From: Vicugna vicugna
Taxonomy: Eukaryota
Reading direction: 5' to 3'
Assembly (NCBI GenBank): GCA_013265495.1
Contig: MU058824.1
Coordinates: 1,639,111 to 1,703,110, forward strand
Length of the DNA stretch: 64,000 nt
The notes under the pieces: model-generated
What the model was told of the DNA's origin: nothing
The model's input: only the letters and a program-made list of their open reading frames with translations
Databases searched by the model: none
Program-made: the position numbers and the translations under genes
Shown: in pieces, positions 25,548-39,180 of the stretch
Position numbering within the stretch: position 1 is the first letter of the stretch
Layout of the letters: each line of letters starts with the position of its first letter

Positions 25548-26019
25548 GTACGCCCCACCGAGAGGCATGCCCTCACCCACCTGTTAGCGCTGTCACCTTC
25601 GGGCAAGGGGCAAGACAGCTCAATCAAGGATGGGCACTGTCATGTCCAGGGGCCTTTAAGCTGTTGAGGAATTTGTGCATGAGACAGGGATGACTTCCAA
25701 CCTGCACAGCTCAGGAGTGGAACCTCCCCTTTCGTTTTGTCTTTCAGCCAAATTTATCCCCTCACTGCCCCACCCCACCCAGGTGTGTTGTCCTTGCTGC
25801 TGACCTATAGTGACCATCTAAACCCATGAGGTGCCGTCTAGAGCATTTCTTCTGTGAGGAATTTTGGGAGGAGCTGACTTGGAATGAAGATTCCAAAGTC
25901 ACTGTGGATTGGGTGGTTTTGGGGGGTTTTGTTTGTTTGTTTTAATAACTTACAAATATACATCAGTACTTGGTGTTCTGAGATTTTCTTGTTGTTGTTG
26001 TTTTACCAAAAAAAAAAAG

Positions 26020-26500
26020 CCAGAATATATACAGTAAAAAAAGAAAAGGCTTGCTTTACCCAATCCCCCTAAATCCACGTTCTCTTCCAAATCTAGTCCT
26101 ACTTTCTGTGTAGTATTCATCTGCCAGGCCTTTTTCAGTATTTGTTTAAACCCAAATGTCTTCATACTAGATACATGGCTTTTTTCACTTTACAACAGAT
26201 CTTAGAGATCTTGATTGACTTTATTCTTATTAGTGGGCTGTGGTGTTCTGTCAGATAGATGGTAATTTATTGAATGTTTACAGCTTTCTGATATCACAGA
26301 TAATACCTTCCCGTGGAGGTGTGCATCTTCATAATAGATTTCTAGAAGTGGAATTACTGGGTCATTTAAAATGTTGAGAGAAATTGACCTCCAATTTTTA
26401 GTCCCTCCAGTGACATTTGAAAATTCCCATTTCCACACATCTTTACTAATAGGATATTAGCAAATCTAAAAAGTTTTCCCCATTCAGCTGAGTTGCAGAA
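26020..26500 (-). mobile_element. L1ME-type fragment
   Basis: 'atagatttctagaagtggaattactgggtca...cccatttccacacatc'. Confidence 0.65.
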
Positions 26501-26628
26501 TGGTTTCTGTTTTTCTTCCCATTCTCCTTAGAGTTCCTACTTTCCTTTCTTCTCCCCTGTATGCTCTTGGTACTCAGAGCCTCCCAAAGAGATACGACAT
26601 TCCAGGTTTGCTTAGCAGCCCAATAGAA

Positions 26629-26661
26629 AAAACAAAAACAAACAAACAAACAAACAAAAAA
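26629..26661. repeat. (AAAC)n microsatellite
   Basis: aaaacaaaaacaaacaaacaaacaaacaaaaa. Confidence 0.9.
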
Positions 26662-29044
26662 CTGAGCAGTTTTGTGGAAAAATGTGTGAGGCAGGTATCC
26701 AGGCAGACCTCAGTGAGATGAATCAGAGAGGACACAGCCCTTCTACCAGTTGGGGATGCTGGGTGTGGGGTGGGGGAGATGGGGCAGAGCAGGGCTGGGA
26801 ATCACCAGACCTGGTTTCCACTCCAGCTCTACACTTCCCTTTCTGAGACTCTGCCCTGTCTCTCCCCAGGGAAAGAGAGGCCACTGCATGCCTTGGCTGT
26901 GCAACCTTGGAGAAGTCACCTCATTTCTCTGAGTTGTGGTTTCGTACCCTGTAAAATGAGGACAACAGCACTTCCCATGCCTATCCTGCAGGACTCTTGC
27001 CAAAATCAGATGAAACATGAATTTCAAAGATCTTTGTGAAGTTTATGCACAGAGAGGGATGTTTTCATAGGTGTTTGAAAAGCAGAAGTGTTTGGCCCCA
27101 CTATCTGTGGTCATCCAAACAAGGCCAGTTTTTCCCCTCAACAAGACTGGTTCTCATCTTCCCACCTCTGTTTTGCAGTCCCTAGGGAGAGGCACAAAGG
27201 GAATTTGACCTCCAATGGGCATGACTCACTGCCAAATACTGAAGAGGCTTTTGCTGGAAGCCTGCCCTTTATAGAGCAGCCACAAATGTTCTGAAATGAA
27301 TGTGAAACAGGTTAATGGTGAGGGTGGGGAGGGCCAGTCCCATGGCCCCATTAACACAGGCTCTGCTGCAATTTGGGGGGACCTGACTTTCTCCAGTATA
27401 GTCTTTGGCTGACAGAGCCTCAGGGGCCCTTAGAGACACCTCTCGCAACCTCCTTATTGTACAGAAGGGGAGACTGAGGCCCAGAGTGGAAAAGGGACAC
27501 AGTCCAGGGTTTCAAATCACCTCTGAAGTCATGAAATGATTGGTCACAGAAAAGCTGGGATTGAATCCTGAGTTCTGCACTCCCAGTTGTTCTTTCTATC
27601 TATAACTTCCTGTAGTCACATGGAAACTACCTGTGTGTAGACTCCAAGTTTTGAAAAACCCCAAATCCTTGGTCTAAAGAGGATAAATGATCAGCCCCAA
27701 CTTGGTTGAGTGCTTTATGGGTTTCCAAACACTCTCACAGCCAGTTGCCCTAGAAGGAGGGGTTATGGTTCCCATTTTATAGATGAGAAAACTGAGGTTC
27801 ACAGAGGGTGGGTGCTTTCTTGCGCTGGGGCACATACTGGTAAAGAACCCAGCTGACACTCTGGACTGTTGTTCAGTGTCTTCTCCATTACATTGTCCTC
27901 ACTGGGGTCAGCTATTGGCAGTTTGGTACCATAGCTCCATCCCTGCACAGCTGTGTTAGGGCCTTCAGCTGGGTTTCAGGGCAGCTCAGCGGGAAACCTC
28001 TTTTCTGAGGACAGGATGTTGCTTGGTGGTATTGCTGGCAAGAACCCCTCTCGATTTAAATCTATCAGCCCAGCTGACTCCTCTCTGTGCCCAAGGGCTT
28101 TGGCATCCCTCTCCCGATGTCTGGGCTGCATCGTTGGAGTGCAGGCCCTGGAAACTCGCCAGGGGCTAACAGCTTTTTCTGAGTGCAAAGGAAACTGGAT
28201 TCCTTTTATGAAAGTGGTCGATCAGCAGCGTCAAGCACTTCTGTTCCCGACTGGTACACTGGAAGGAATGTCAAATGAAAGCAATCCTGAATTTGGAGGA
28301 GGGTGCTGGGGGATGAACCTTAATCCTGTGCAATTTATTACATTGGGACTGAAAGGGTTGGAGGGCTGACAGCTGAGGGCCATCCCACCTCGTGACCAGC
28401 TGCTCCACCTTTTCAGCCACTGAGATTCAAGGCTAGTGCGTGGTGACCCAGAGGCTGCTGGGGACTTAGATCAGGTGTGCTGATCTCTAGGTCCCGCTTT
28501 GTCAATTCACTTCACCTTGTTGGCTCAGATGGATCAGACCTAGAGCTTCTGCCAGAACAAATGAGGGTCCGTGGGGAATCCCAGTGGCAGAAAAGGTGGC
28601 GCTTGCTTCAGGCCTGCCCTCTCTGGGTCAAAGACTTAGAGGAGAGAAGAAGGAAGGACTTGGTACCATATATGGGCTGATCTCTAAGCCCAGCTTTGCC
28701 AAGCAGTGTTTGTGTGACCCCAGGCAATTCACTTCACCTCAGTGAGATCCTGTTTTCCTTGTGTAAAATCGGGATATTTATCCCTACCTCACAGGCACTG
28801 GGAGATGGGAGAGTTAGATGAGAAAACATAAATGAAAGACTTCTGCATAGTTAGTATTCATTAAATGGACATTCTCGACTCTGCTAGAACATAGGACAGA
28901 CCCTAGAAATGCATATCCATTTACTCAGAAAATACTCATGAGGCCTACTGTGTGCCACAGTCTATGAGGGTGCAGACCGTGTGCTGTGGAGAGCCGGAGA
29001 GGAGTGGGTGTGGCCTCGGGGTCAGTGAGTGTCAGGCCTCCTTC

Positions 29045-29680
29045 CTTGGGTTCTCAACTCTGGCTACTCATCAGAATCACTTGGGGAATTTTTTTTGAGC
29101 AAAATAAAATTTAAGTTCCATAAGTTGGGTTTTTTCTTTTTACTTTTTCCCCCCACTTTTAATACCTTTATTGGTATATACTTTATATACCTTACAGTTC
29201 ATCCATTGTTAGTGTACAGTCCAGTTATTTTTACTAGATTTATACAATTGTGCAGCCATCACCACAATCCAGCCTTAGAACACTCCCATCTCCCCAAAAG
29301 TTCCTGGTGCCCATTGTAGGCAGTCCCACACTCAGCCCTAGTTTCATTTGCTTGCACTATAATTCTGTCTTTTCTGGAAATTTCATATAAATAGAATCAT
29401 ATAACATGTGCTTTTTGGTGTCTGTTTTCTTTCACTTTGCACAATTTTTTTGAGGTTCATCCACATAACATGCATTGGTAGTTTGTCTCTTTATACATCT
29501 GAGTAGTATTCCCCTGTGTGGACAGGGCACATTTTAGAATCACCTGGGAAGCTTTATAAATCCTGATGCCCAGGCCACCCCCAGAACAGTTGCATTAGAT
29601 GACCCAGGCGTTGGAACCTTTCCCAGTTCTCCAGGTTACTTCAGTGTGCAGACAATGCTGACATTCCTCACAACTGGCTC
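29045..29680. mobile_element. MER5A split by a minus-strand L1MB-type 3' end (about 29090-29535)
   Basis: The MER5A start 'ggttctcaactctggctactcatcagaatcacttgggga' resumes at 'agaatcacctgggaagctttataaatcctgatgcccaggccaccccc'. The insert contains 'tgtgcagccatcaccacaatc...aatttcatataaatagaatcatataac'. Confidence 0.85.
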
Positions 29681-32559
29681 AGAAATTCAGGGTGGAAATG
29701 ATCCCCTCTTGTGGTAGGAGCCCTTTGTGCTCAGAGTGGCCTGGTCTACATGGTGGCATGACCACTCTTAGCAGGCCAGGTGACTGTGGAGCAGGATGGA
29801 GAAGGTGGAGACCATGGTGCCAGGGGCTTCACCAGGTAGAAGACAAAGGTGGAGGTGGTGATGAAGATTGAGGTCACTGCTGAGAAGGTGGTCTGTGGGG
29901 GCAGGAATGGTGAGCAGTGGGCAGGCAGGTGGCTTGTGGGCTTGGAGGAAGTGGAGCCCTGGAAGTCTCTGAGAAGCTTAAGTCAGTGGGAGTGAGGGAG
30001 CTGGAAGGATAAAAGCTGTGGCAGAGCTGGGCGAGGGATGTAGGAACTGAGGGGCCAGGCCCTGGCTGTGTGTGAATAGCTAAAGCCAAGTGCAGGTAGA
30101 GGTCACTGGAACTGGGGTAAGTAAGTGAAATGCCAGAGTGCTCTGAGTGACATCCACTCAGGATGGAGGCAGGGATGAGGTGGGATGAAGGCAGTGAGCA
30201 GGGGAGCCTGGGAGGCCCAGCAGACACCAACAGGGCTATTTGGGCCCCTTCTCCCAAATGCAGGCGTGTGGTCTACTAAACAGTGTTCACTAAGTTATTC
30301 TTTGGGTTCTTGAGTCCATGATGCAACTAACCAGCTACGTATCATTGGACAAATCACTTAGTCTCTCTAGGCTTCGGTTTCCCCTTGTATAAGATAAGGG
30401 AGTTGGGTCAGTTGACCTCTAGGATCTTTCCTAGCTCAAGGAATTTAGGTTTAGGGAGATCTGGTCATTGACCTTGATCCCACCACTCCCAGGGCTGTCG
30501 CCATGAGAATTGCTGGGCCTCTTTGTGCCTCAGATTCTTTCTCTTAAAAATGAGGGTAATAATGGTAACTAACTCTTAGGGTGGTTATGAGGATTACATG
30601 TGTTCAGAAACTTAAAGTGCTAAGAGAAGTGCCTGACTCATAATCCGCACCAGGAAGGGGTGGCTGTTATTTTTATTGTCATCTCGAATTTGGTTCCTTA
30701 GCGCATGACTGACCCCATTCAGGAGCAAGCCATGGCGGGGTTTGGTGCCTTTCGCTCCCTTTCCTCTCCTCCCTCCAAGCAGGCTCGGGGGCTACCTGCC
30801 CGGTTGGTGGTCCTCAGTGATCTCGGTGCTTCTGGGGCTGACCTTTCCACACCAGGGGACTCCTTCAAGTCCTGGGACCAGCTGAGGCCTTTGATCTGTC
30901 CACTACTGAAAGGGCACCATCTGCAGAGTTTCTTCTTCAAACACCAGCCCTTCGGCCCTGCTGAGTCACCATCTGCCCCACCAGAGGGGTCTCTGGGCCT
31001 CCTCCAAAGTTACCACTCATATAGCCTGGGAGACACACCCCCAGTGGAGGGTGGAGGACCTTGTGCTTGCTTCTAATCCAGGAGCCAACCTTGTAGAATC
31101 ATCAGCTTTTTCCCTGTTGCTCTGAGCAGGAATGAGCTCCTTGATGTCACTCCAGAGACCCTTCATGCCACTGGAGGCCTGCTACTCTGTCTCTCCTCCA
31201 GGCACTTCTCACTTTGGTCCAGCCACACCTCCACACTGGCTTCTCTCTGCAGAACATCCTCCCCAACACTCCCAGGCTCACCCTTCCTCCCCTGGCTGGG
31301 TCAGGGCAGCCACCATTATATTCCTCTCCCCTCGGGCTGCTCCCTGTACCAGCTCCTTGCACAGTGCAGGGAAATACCCGACCTGCTTCTTCACTGGTCA
31401 CCCACTGCCACTGGGCTGGAGGGTCCTGTGACAAGAGCCATCCGGCCCTCTCTGTCCCCTCACCCTGCATGCTGTCTGGCATGTGTGTGTTCAGTAAGGG
31501 TTTTGGTAAATCAGTCTCTATCCATTAGGCCAGATTCTTAGGGATAAATGCAGTGATTTCCCTTCTGTGCCTGTAGTCTGCTTGCAGCTGGGATGGTAAG
31601 AGCAGGTTAGAGGAGGGCAGGGATGTCCCAGTCCCTATCATGAATCACTGGGGCATCAGAAAGAAGGGAGGAGCTAGCAAAATCGGGAAGTGAAACTCCT
31701 GCAGAACTCAGCACAGGCCATTCTGTCGTTTCTTAACTGAGTCTTCAAATTTGGACATGACATCGTTGGTGAGGATTCTTCTAGAGATCTCAATGGGAAA
31801 GTTCTGGGCCAGCCGCTGGAACCAGCGGTGACCAGGGGCCTGCCATGTGGTTGCTTCTCGGTGGCGTCAGTGATGGACATTGGGAATGCACACTTGTGGT
31901 TTGTATCTGAGTTGTTGGCTTCCTGTGATGTTCATTCTGAGCTGTCATCCTCCCTTACCAGGATGAGGTAATCCCAGCTTCTGGAGCGGTTCTCACAGTT
32001 GGTTCTGGATGAGCAGAGTCAGCATGTTCCCAGCAAATCTGAGGGCTCCACCCTAGACCCCTGAATCAGGCCCTCTGGGGTGGGGCCCAGCACGCCCAAG
32101 TTTGAGAACCCCTGTAATGGAAAAAATGGGCAGGTTTCAACTGAAGCCACTGTGCTCCTAGGCCCACTTTATCTGAGAAAAGGGCCAGGCATGCTGGGGG
32201 CACCAAGCCACCTCTGGTCTCTGTCCTTGGCTTCCCTCCAGGCTGTAGGATCACCTTGGCCGCCCACACACCTGCAAATATTCCATCATTAGGAGACAGG
32301 AGGGAACTCCTGACAAATCAGATTCTAATCCTAATGGTCCCAGTGCCCCATCCTGTGCTTCAACTTCTATTTGAAAACTTGCTGATGCTTTTAGGTGATT
32401 GGCTCTCCGCCCCAGGCGAGAAACGTCCTCTCCTTCTTAGTGCTCTTGCCTCCTGCTCTGGGAGAGACCCGCCAGGGACAGCTCAGTATCCATCCTGCCC
32501 ACACCCAGCCTTGCTATTTGTGGCAGCCTCTTTGGCACTGGGGAGAGGGCTCCATTATT

Positions 32560-32808
32560 TCCCACAGTTTTATGTAAGATTTCTGTACAGTTTTAATAGT
32601 TGTGTATTTCTGTTATTATATACCAGGGGAAAAAAGATTACTAGCCCATCAAAACTGCACTTAATTGATCTTATTATTTAGAACCTTCATTTAAAAAGTG
32701 AGACTGTTTAAAGGAAAATACTAAGCTACCAAGCACATAGGTGGTGCATTTATACAGTGAAATTGCCTCTAAGGGGGTACAAGAAGGACTGAAGTTTGGA
32801 GACCACTG
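32560..32808. mobile_element. hAT-Charlie-type MER fragment
   Basis: AT-rich block ending in a Charlie TIR-like 'gaagtttggagaccactg'. Confidence 0.55.
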
Positions 32809-35289
32809 GGATGGATGAAGTCATCTGGCTGCCTGTTCACTTAGCAGGTGAGGGTGGGTGAGGGGTGGAAGGTAGTACTGGCAGTAGGCTGTCCCTCGAA
32901 GCCCTGGTCCATTGCAGGTGGTCAATGGGAGAAACTTGAGGTCAAGGTCAAGAATTGGCCTGCAGGCCTTCAGCCTTCTATCACAGGGCAGACTCTGAGG
33001 TTCAGGCAGCACTTGTACCTTCATGTGAGTACCCCCAGGTGGAAGGGCAGCCCACCAGCCAGTGCTCTGCTCACCCATCCCTGCAGAGGGTGAAGACCCC
33101 ACCTAGGTGAGAACCACCCCTCACCCTGTCAGGATCTGCAGTTCCTAGCGCTCCTGCCATCCTGTTGGCAACGTGCACACATCTGGGGCACATCCAGTGT
33201 TTCTTGTCCTGGGGTGGCTGCAGTGGCTAAGCCTTCTGAAGAAAAGGTCAGCCTCCAAGCTGAATGCCTTAATCCAGCTCAGAGCTCTGCCCTTGGAGAG
33301 ACGGCCCATTCCAGAGCTGCAGGAGATGCAGGGACAGGAAACTGCAGGGCCTGGCGAATGCTTCCTCCCTAACACTCCACAGCAGGTCATAGGAGCCAAG
33401 TACCCTGCCGCCTCACATACCCCAACTCTTAAAGAAAAGAGTTGCCTGGACCCTGCTCTGAGAGGACAAGGTGCTTGGCTAGGGTCTTTGTGCCAGCCCC
33501 AGGGCTCTCGGAGGGCATTGGTGAGTGCTACACTCGCTGCTGTGATATTAGACAGCTACATCTCCACCCAGGCTGCATGGATCCCAGAACACAGGGGTGA
33601 GTGAGGGCCCAGAAGGAGATCCTGGAGGTCTCGGGGGTCCTGGCCATCCACCTCAAAGCCCTCACCGGGGACACTTCCTGGGGCCTCCTGCACAGCCCCT
33701 GGGCCAGTTACCCAGAGCACAACTCCAGCCCCATGAACCAGCCCATGCACCAGGACTGCTGGGTAGGAAAATGTAATTATGACATCATCCACTGCCATTT
33801 AGGGGTACCTACTGTGTGCAGGTGATGACATTCTCACCCAGCATGGTCCGTCTCCAGGAACAGACTCAGGAAGGAAGGGTTATGTCACTTTGCCAAGGTT
33901 CCACCAAGAGGTGGCAGGTATAGGTGTGAACCCAGGTTTGTGCCTCCCCTTGTGGAGAGAAGGAGACCACAGGCCTTAGACAGAATCCCCCACCCACAAC
34001 CCCTACCAACAGTAAGGAGGTAAATATCTGGACCAAGCAACCTGTGTCTTAAGCAGAGCCTCTCACAGTCTCCTGGAGTTTTTGCCTTGGGATTCTGCAT
34101 TTAATTCTTATGATTTTCCCAGATCTCAAATCTCAGACTCAGGGGTGTCCCTCCACCCCTGCTCCTACCAAGGTGTTCCAGGAGACGTTTTTCAGCCTTG
34201 TCTAAACTTGGCTGAGAAGGCAGCGCACCCTGTCGTGTGTGGGTCTCCAGAGCTGTTCTGGTCATTCTGGCTGTGGTTCCCTCCAAGGCCCCTCTGCCAA
34301 GCTTGGATGGTGCCAGGACTCCCTGGGCAAAGGTCTGGAGTTGAAAGGTGTGTGGAACCTTCAGGAAATGGCAGGTAGTTGGGGCAGGACAGCTCGGAGT
34401 GGAGGGGAGAATGGCTGGGGGAGGAGTGGTGAAGGCCCCAGGACTTTACCTATCAGCAGTAGGGAGCCACGGAAGGTTTTTAAATTGGGGATGAGGGATG
34501 GTAGCGATCTTGAGGGCAGATTGAGACCAGCAGGCAGGAGTCTGGGAAACCAGCCAGAAGGTTATTGCAAGAATTCAAAGGAAAAGTAGTAAGATTGTAG
34601 TTACTTTCTTACGTAAAAACTTCAAGTTCTCTTTGTTTTTATTTTTTGCCTCTTTGTTTTAAAATACTGATCATTGTTTTGTAGCCATAATAGTGATATG
34701 TACTCAATGCAGAAAACTTAGAATAACACAGAAGAACAAAAAGGAAATTAAAAATTGGCCATAACTACCCACTAAAAGGTCACTGTTAACATCTGTAGGG
34801 ATATGCCTTTACAGTTTTGTTTTGTTTTTTGATACATATGAGTGAACTTGTATAAACAAATACACGCTCTTACTGTAGACATGGTGTCTTTAACTTAGCA
34901 ACCCAGGTGGAATATTTCCCTGGCCAGCAGATATTCTCTACCACTATGACTCGTAATGTCCTGGCAACTCTGGGCCTGCTGACCCTGTGGACTGTCCCCA
35001 CCTTTGCCACAGCCTGATGTGTTTGGGGCTGTTTTTCTCCAGTCTTCTTTATCCTACAATCTGTTCTCTTCTTCCCTGTCTTCCAGTAGTTCTGCAAATG
35101 TTCTGTCCATTAGTGGTCGTCTTAATCGTTTTCCAGTACTGTTAGATTTTTTTTTTTATCTTTGCCATTTTGAGGGATTTGGGATGGGACAGGAGTTAGT
35201 CTCTGTTGTACCCTATTTTTTTCCAATAGCCCTTGAAAAAATTCTACCCTATGGATGTACTATAATTGCTCAACGAAGCTCCAGTACAG

Positions 35290-37060
35290 TAATGACTGAA
35301 CATGGAGATAGTTGACAATTTTTCCTGATTACAAACAACAATGCAGTAAATTCATACTTGTAGTTTTGTGTGAACATCTGATTATTATTTGAGGATAAAT
35401 TCTTAGAAATAGTATGTGTGCATTTTGGAACCTTTTGTGCATGTTGCCAAATTGTCCTCCAGAAAGATCATACCAATTTAGTGTTTCATAGCAGGATATG
35501 AGAGCACTCAATGCCAACATTGTATACTGTTCTTTCTTGATCCTTGGCAATTGCTATTTTAATTTGCATTTCTTTGATTACTAGTAAGATTAAATTTCTT
35601 TCTTACTAGGAATCATTCTCATTTCTGTTTCTCCTTTTGTAAATTGGCTGTTCATGTTATTGGCACCTGTTCCAGTTTTTCTTACTGATTTATAAGAGCT
35701 CTTTATAAAGTAAGGATATCAGCTCTTTGTCACATTTGTTGTAGAAATCTCCCCGTGTTTCATGTGATACTCAGTTTTGTTTTTTATGTTATTTGATAAT
35801 ATTGAAAATTTTAATATTTCATATAGTTAAATTTAACAAGACCATGTTTTTCACTTTTAAGTTTAGCTTGGCATGCTTTTCCCATCCTAAGAATTTTTGC
35901 AAATATGTGCCTACATTTTCTCCTAGTACTTTTATTACTTCCTTTTTCAGTTTGCCCAGAATTTCAGCATATGTCCTGAGATAGCAAACCTTTCTTTCTT
36001 CTGCTCCCATAGTCATTCAGTAATTCTTCCAGCATCTAATGAATGCCTCTTTTCCAACCCATTTAAAATGCCTATGCTAAATTTTGTTTAGAAAATAACA
36101 TACTGCTTTTTTATATATACTTTGCAGTTCTATGTAATAGAAATACGATATAAGCCACATATGTAATTTTAAATTTTCTACTAGTCATATTTTAAAAAGA
36201 AAAATTAATTTTAATAAAACATTTTATTTAATGCAACATACCCTAAAACATTATCATTTCACATGTGGGCCAGTGGCTACCATATTAGACAGTATAGCTT
36301 TAGACTGTTTCTAAGTTTTTAAATTTTGTTCCATTGATCTGGCTATTCTGGAATTGGCATCCCAGTGTTTTGAATATTATTTCTTTAAAATATAATTTCA
36401 TGTGCAGTCTTACCTTCTTTTCCACAGTTGTCTCTATTTTCACTCATTAATTTTTGTAAGGTTCCCAGAATGCCATTGATGTTTTTATTTGAATTTCAAT
36501 AACTCCAGAATTAATTTAGGGGACATTTGACGTCTTTATAATACTGAGCCTATCCATTCATGAGCATAGAACTTCTCTCCATTAAAAATATCTTGGGTCC
36601 TCAGTAAAGCTTTGTCATTTTCTTCCTCTAGATCCTTTCCATTTTGTTTTAGGTTTATTCTCAAGTAATCTACATTTATTATATAAGTCACATATAAGGC
36701 ACTTAAGGCTTAGAACAATGCCCAAAGGAGCACCCAATATAAATTGGCTATTATTACTGTTATTATTATTGCCTCATTCACTAAACATCCTAGAGTCATA
36801 TTTTAAAATAGTGATAATAGTGGATATTTTTGTCTTTTTCTTGGCTTTAATGGGACTGCTGTTTGTAAGATATGATGTCTGCTAGAAGGACAGATATTCC
36901 TCATCATGATGTTCTATTCTAATAGAAGAGATATTCTATTTTTATTTATTTGGTGTTTGAACCAGATATGCACACTGAAAAATCAAATGTCTTTTTAGGA
37001 TATATATCAATAATCACGTTTTTTCTTTGCTCTGTTAGTGTGACCAATTACAGTCATCAG
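35290..37060 (-). mobile_element. L1ME-type ORF2/3' region, fragmented
   Basis: 'gaggataaattcttagaaatag...ttgccaaattgtcctccagaaag', 'ttttaatttgcatttctttgattactagt', 'tactgagcctatccattcatgagcatag'. Confidence 0.8.
36125..36298. mobile_element. MER33/MER3-type hAT element, internally deleted
   Basis: 'aatagaaatacgatataagccacatatgtaattttaaattttctactagtcatattttaaaaag...cacatgtgggccagtggctaccatattagacag'. Confidence 0.8.
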
Positions 37061-37082
37061 TTTCCTCGTGTTCTTTCTGTAA

Positions 37083-39180
37083 TGCATTCATTCATTTAAC
37101 ACCTCTTCACTGAGTACCTAGCATGTGTTGGGCACTGTCTTAGGCATTCTGGACAGATCAGTGAATGAAACAAAGTTCCTGCCCTCAAAGAGTTCGCATT
37201 CTAGTAGGGGAGACACATGATAAAAAAAACAATTAAGCGAATAAATGTATAAGATGTCAGATAATGTTAAGTGCTAGGGAGAAAAATGAAGTAGGGTCAG
37301 GGGAGTAGGATATGCCATGGAGGGTGGGGTGTGGTCAAGGACAGCTTCAAAGATAAGGTGACGTTTAGCGGACATGTGCAGGCAGTGAGGGCCAAGTCAT
37401 AGGATATCTGGGAGAACAGGGTTCCAGACAGAGAGAACAGCATGTGCAAAGGTCCTGATATAGGAGTAAATCTGGTGGTGCTGGAACCACATCAGCGAGG
37501 CCAGTATGTCTGGAACAGAGTGGGTGAGGGGAAAGTGGAGCATTTTTGAGGGAAGTGCCCTCACAAGACATTTGTGAGGACTTTGGCTTATATTTTGAGT
37601 CAGTTGAGAAGCTACCAGAGATTATTTTGGGTTTTGTTTTTATTGAGAAGAGCTTCACATAACATAAAACCTACTGCTTTAACCACTTTATAGTGTACAA
37701 TTAAATGGTTTGGTATGTACGCCAAGATGTGCAGCCATAACTACTATCTAATTTCAGGGCATTTTCACTCCAGAAAGAACTCTCATTCCCCCCTGCCCCC
37801 CAGCCCCTACCAACCAGAAATCTACTTTCTGTATCTTTGGCTATAATGGACTTTTCATAAAAGTGGAACCATAGGGGTGTGAGGTAGGGGAAATGGGGGA
37901 AAGTGGTCAAAGGTATAAACTTCAGTTATAAGATAAATGAGTTCTGGGGTTGTAACATACAGCATGGTGGCTGTAGTTAACAATACTGTGTTGTATATTT
38001 GAAAGTTGCTGAAGAGAGCAGCTCTTAAAAGTTCTCATCAATAAGAAAAAAATTGTTAACTATGTGACATGATGGATATTAACTAAACTTATTATCGCAA
38101 TTAATCATCTTGCAATATATACATATATCAAATTATTATATTGTATACCTTAAATTTATATTATGTTATATGACAATTATATCCCAATAAAACTAAGGGA
38201 AAAGGGACCACAAAATATGTGGCATTTTGTGTCTGGCTTATTTGTACATCTTCTTTGGAGAAATACCTATTCAAATCCTTTGTCCAATTTTTAACTGGGT
38301 TGTTTATCTTTTTGCTACTGAATTTTAAGTGTTCTTTATATATTCTGGATACTAGACCCTTGTCAGATATATGATTTGCAAATATTTTCTCTCATCCTGT
38401 GGGTTGTCTTTGTGCTTTCCTAATGGTGTCCAAGCTTTTAATTTGGTGAATCCAATTTATCTGTTTGGGTTTTGTTCTTGTTGTTGCTTGTGCTTTTGGT
38501 GTCATAGTTAAGAAACCATTGTCTAATCCAAGGTCATGAAGACTTAAAACTATATTTCCTTTTTTTTTTAAGTTTTATAGTTTTAGCTCTTACATTTAGG
38601 TCTTTCTGCCTTTTCAGTTGATTTTTGTATATGATGTGAGGTAAGGGTCTTTTGTATGAAACTATCCAGTTGACCTAGGACCATTTATTTAAAAGACTAT
38701 TATTTCTCCATTAAATGGTCTTGGCATCCTTGTTGAAAATCAGTTGACCATAGTAATGTGGATTTATTTCTGGACTACTGGAGAGTTTTTTTTTTTTGAA
38801 GAAGAAGAAGGATATGCTCTGACTTACATTTTAAAAGGGTCACCCTGGCTGCTGAGTGGAAGGTGTTGACTTGGAGACTAGACGATGAAAACTACTTGGA
38901 TTCTGGATACTTCTTTTACAATAGAGCTGACAAAGTAGATCTGTTGATGGATTGTATGTGTAATGTGAAAAAGGATGCATATTCAAGGATGGAGCCAAAG
39001 TTTTTGATCTGAGCAACTAGAAGGAATAAGTTACTACTTATTAACTTAAGGAAGGATGCAGAGGAACAAGTTTTAGAGAAGAAAATCAACAGTTAGTTTA
39101 GGTATGCTTAACTTATTCCTTAGTTTAGGATATCCAGATGGAGAGGTGGACTAGGCAGTTGGATAAATGGATCTGGAATT
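37083..39180 (-). mobile_element. L2 element interrupted by nested L1s
   Basis: 'cattcattcatttaac...tgagtacctagcatgtgttgggcactg' runs to about 37620. It resumes at about 38800 with 'gatatgctctgacttacattttaaaagggtcaccctggctgctg...ggagaggtggactaggcagttggataaatgg'. Confidence 0.85.
37625..38780 (-). mobile_element. L1MB-type fragment containing a plus-strand L1MA-type 3' end (about 37874-38200)
   Basis: Minus-strand part: 'ttttattgagaagagcttcacataacataaa...' and 'ttggagaaatacctattcaaatcctttgtcca'. Plus-strand part: 'ggtcaaaggtataaacttcagttataagataaatgagttctgggg...caattatatcccaataaaact'. Confidence 0.85.

Noticed and set aside
25548..25667. Read-through of the first exon's frame into the intron as a truncated, secreted GABBR2 isoform (similarly 58591-58677)
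   Set aside because: Short open extensions are expected by chance. I saw no nearby AATAAA/ATTAAA to support intronic polyadenylation.
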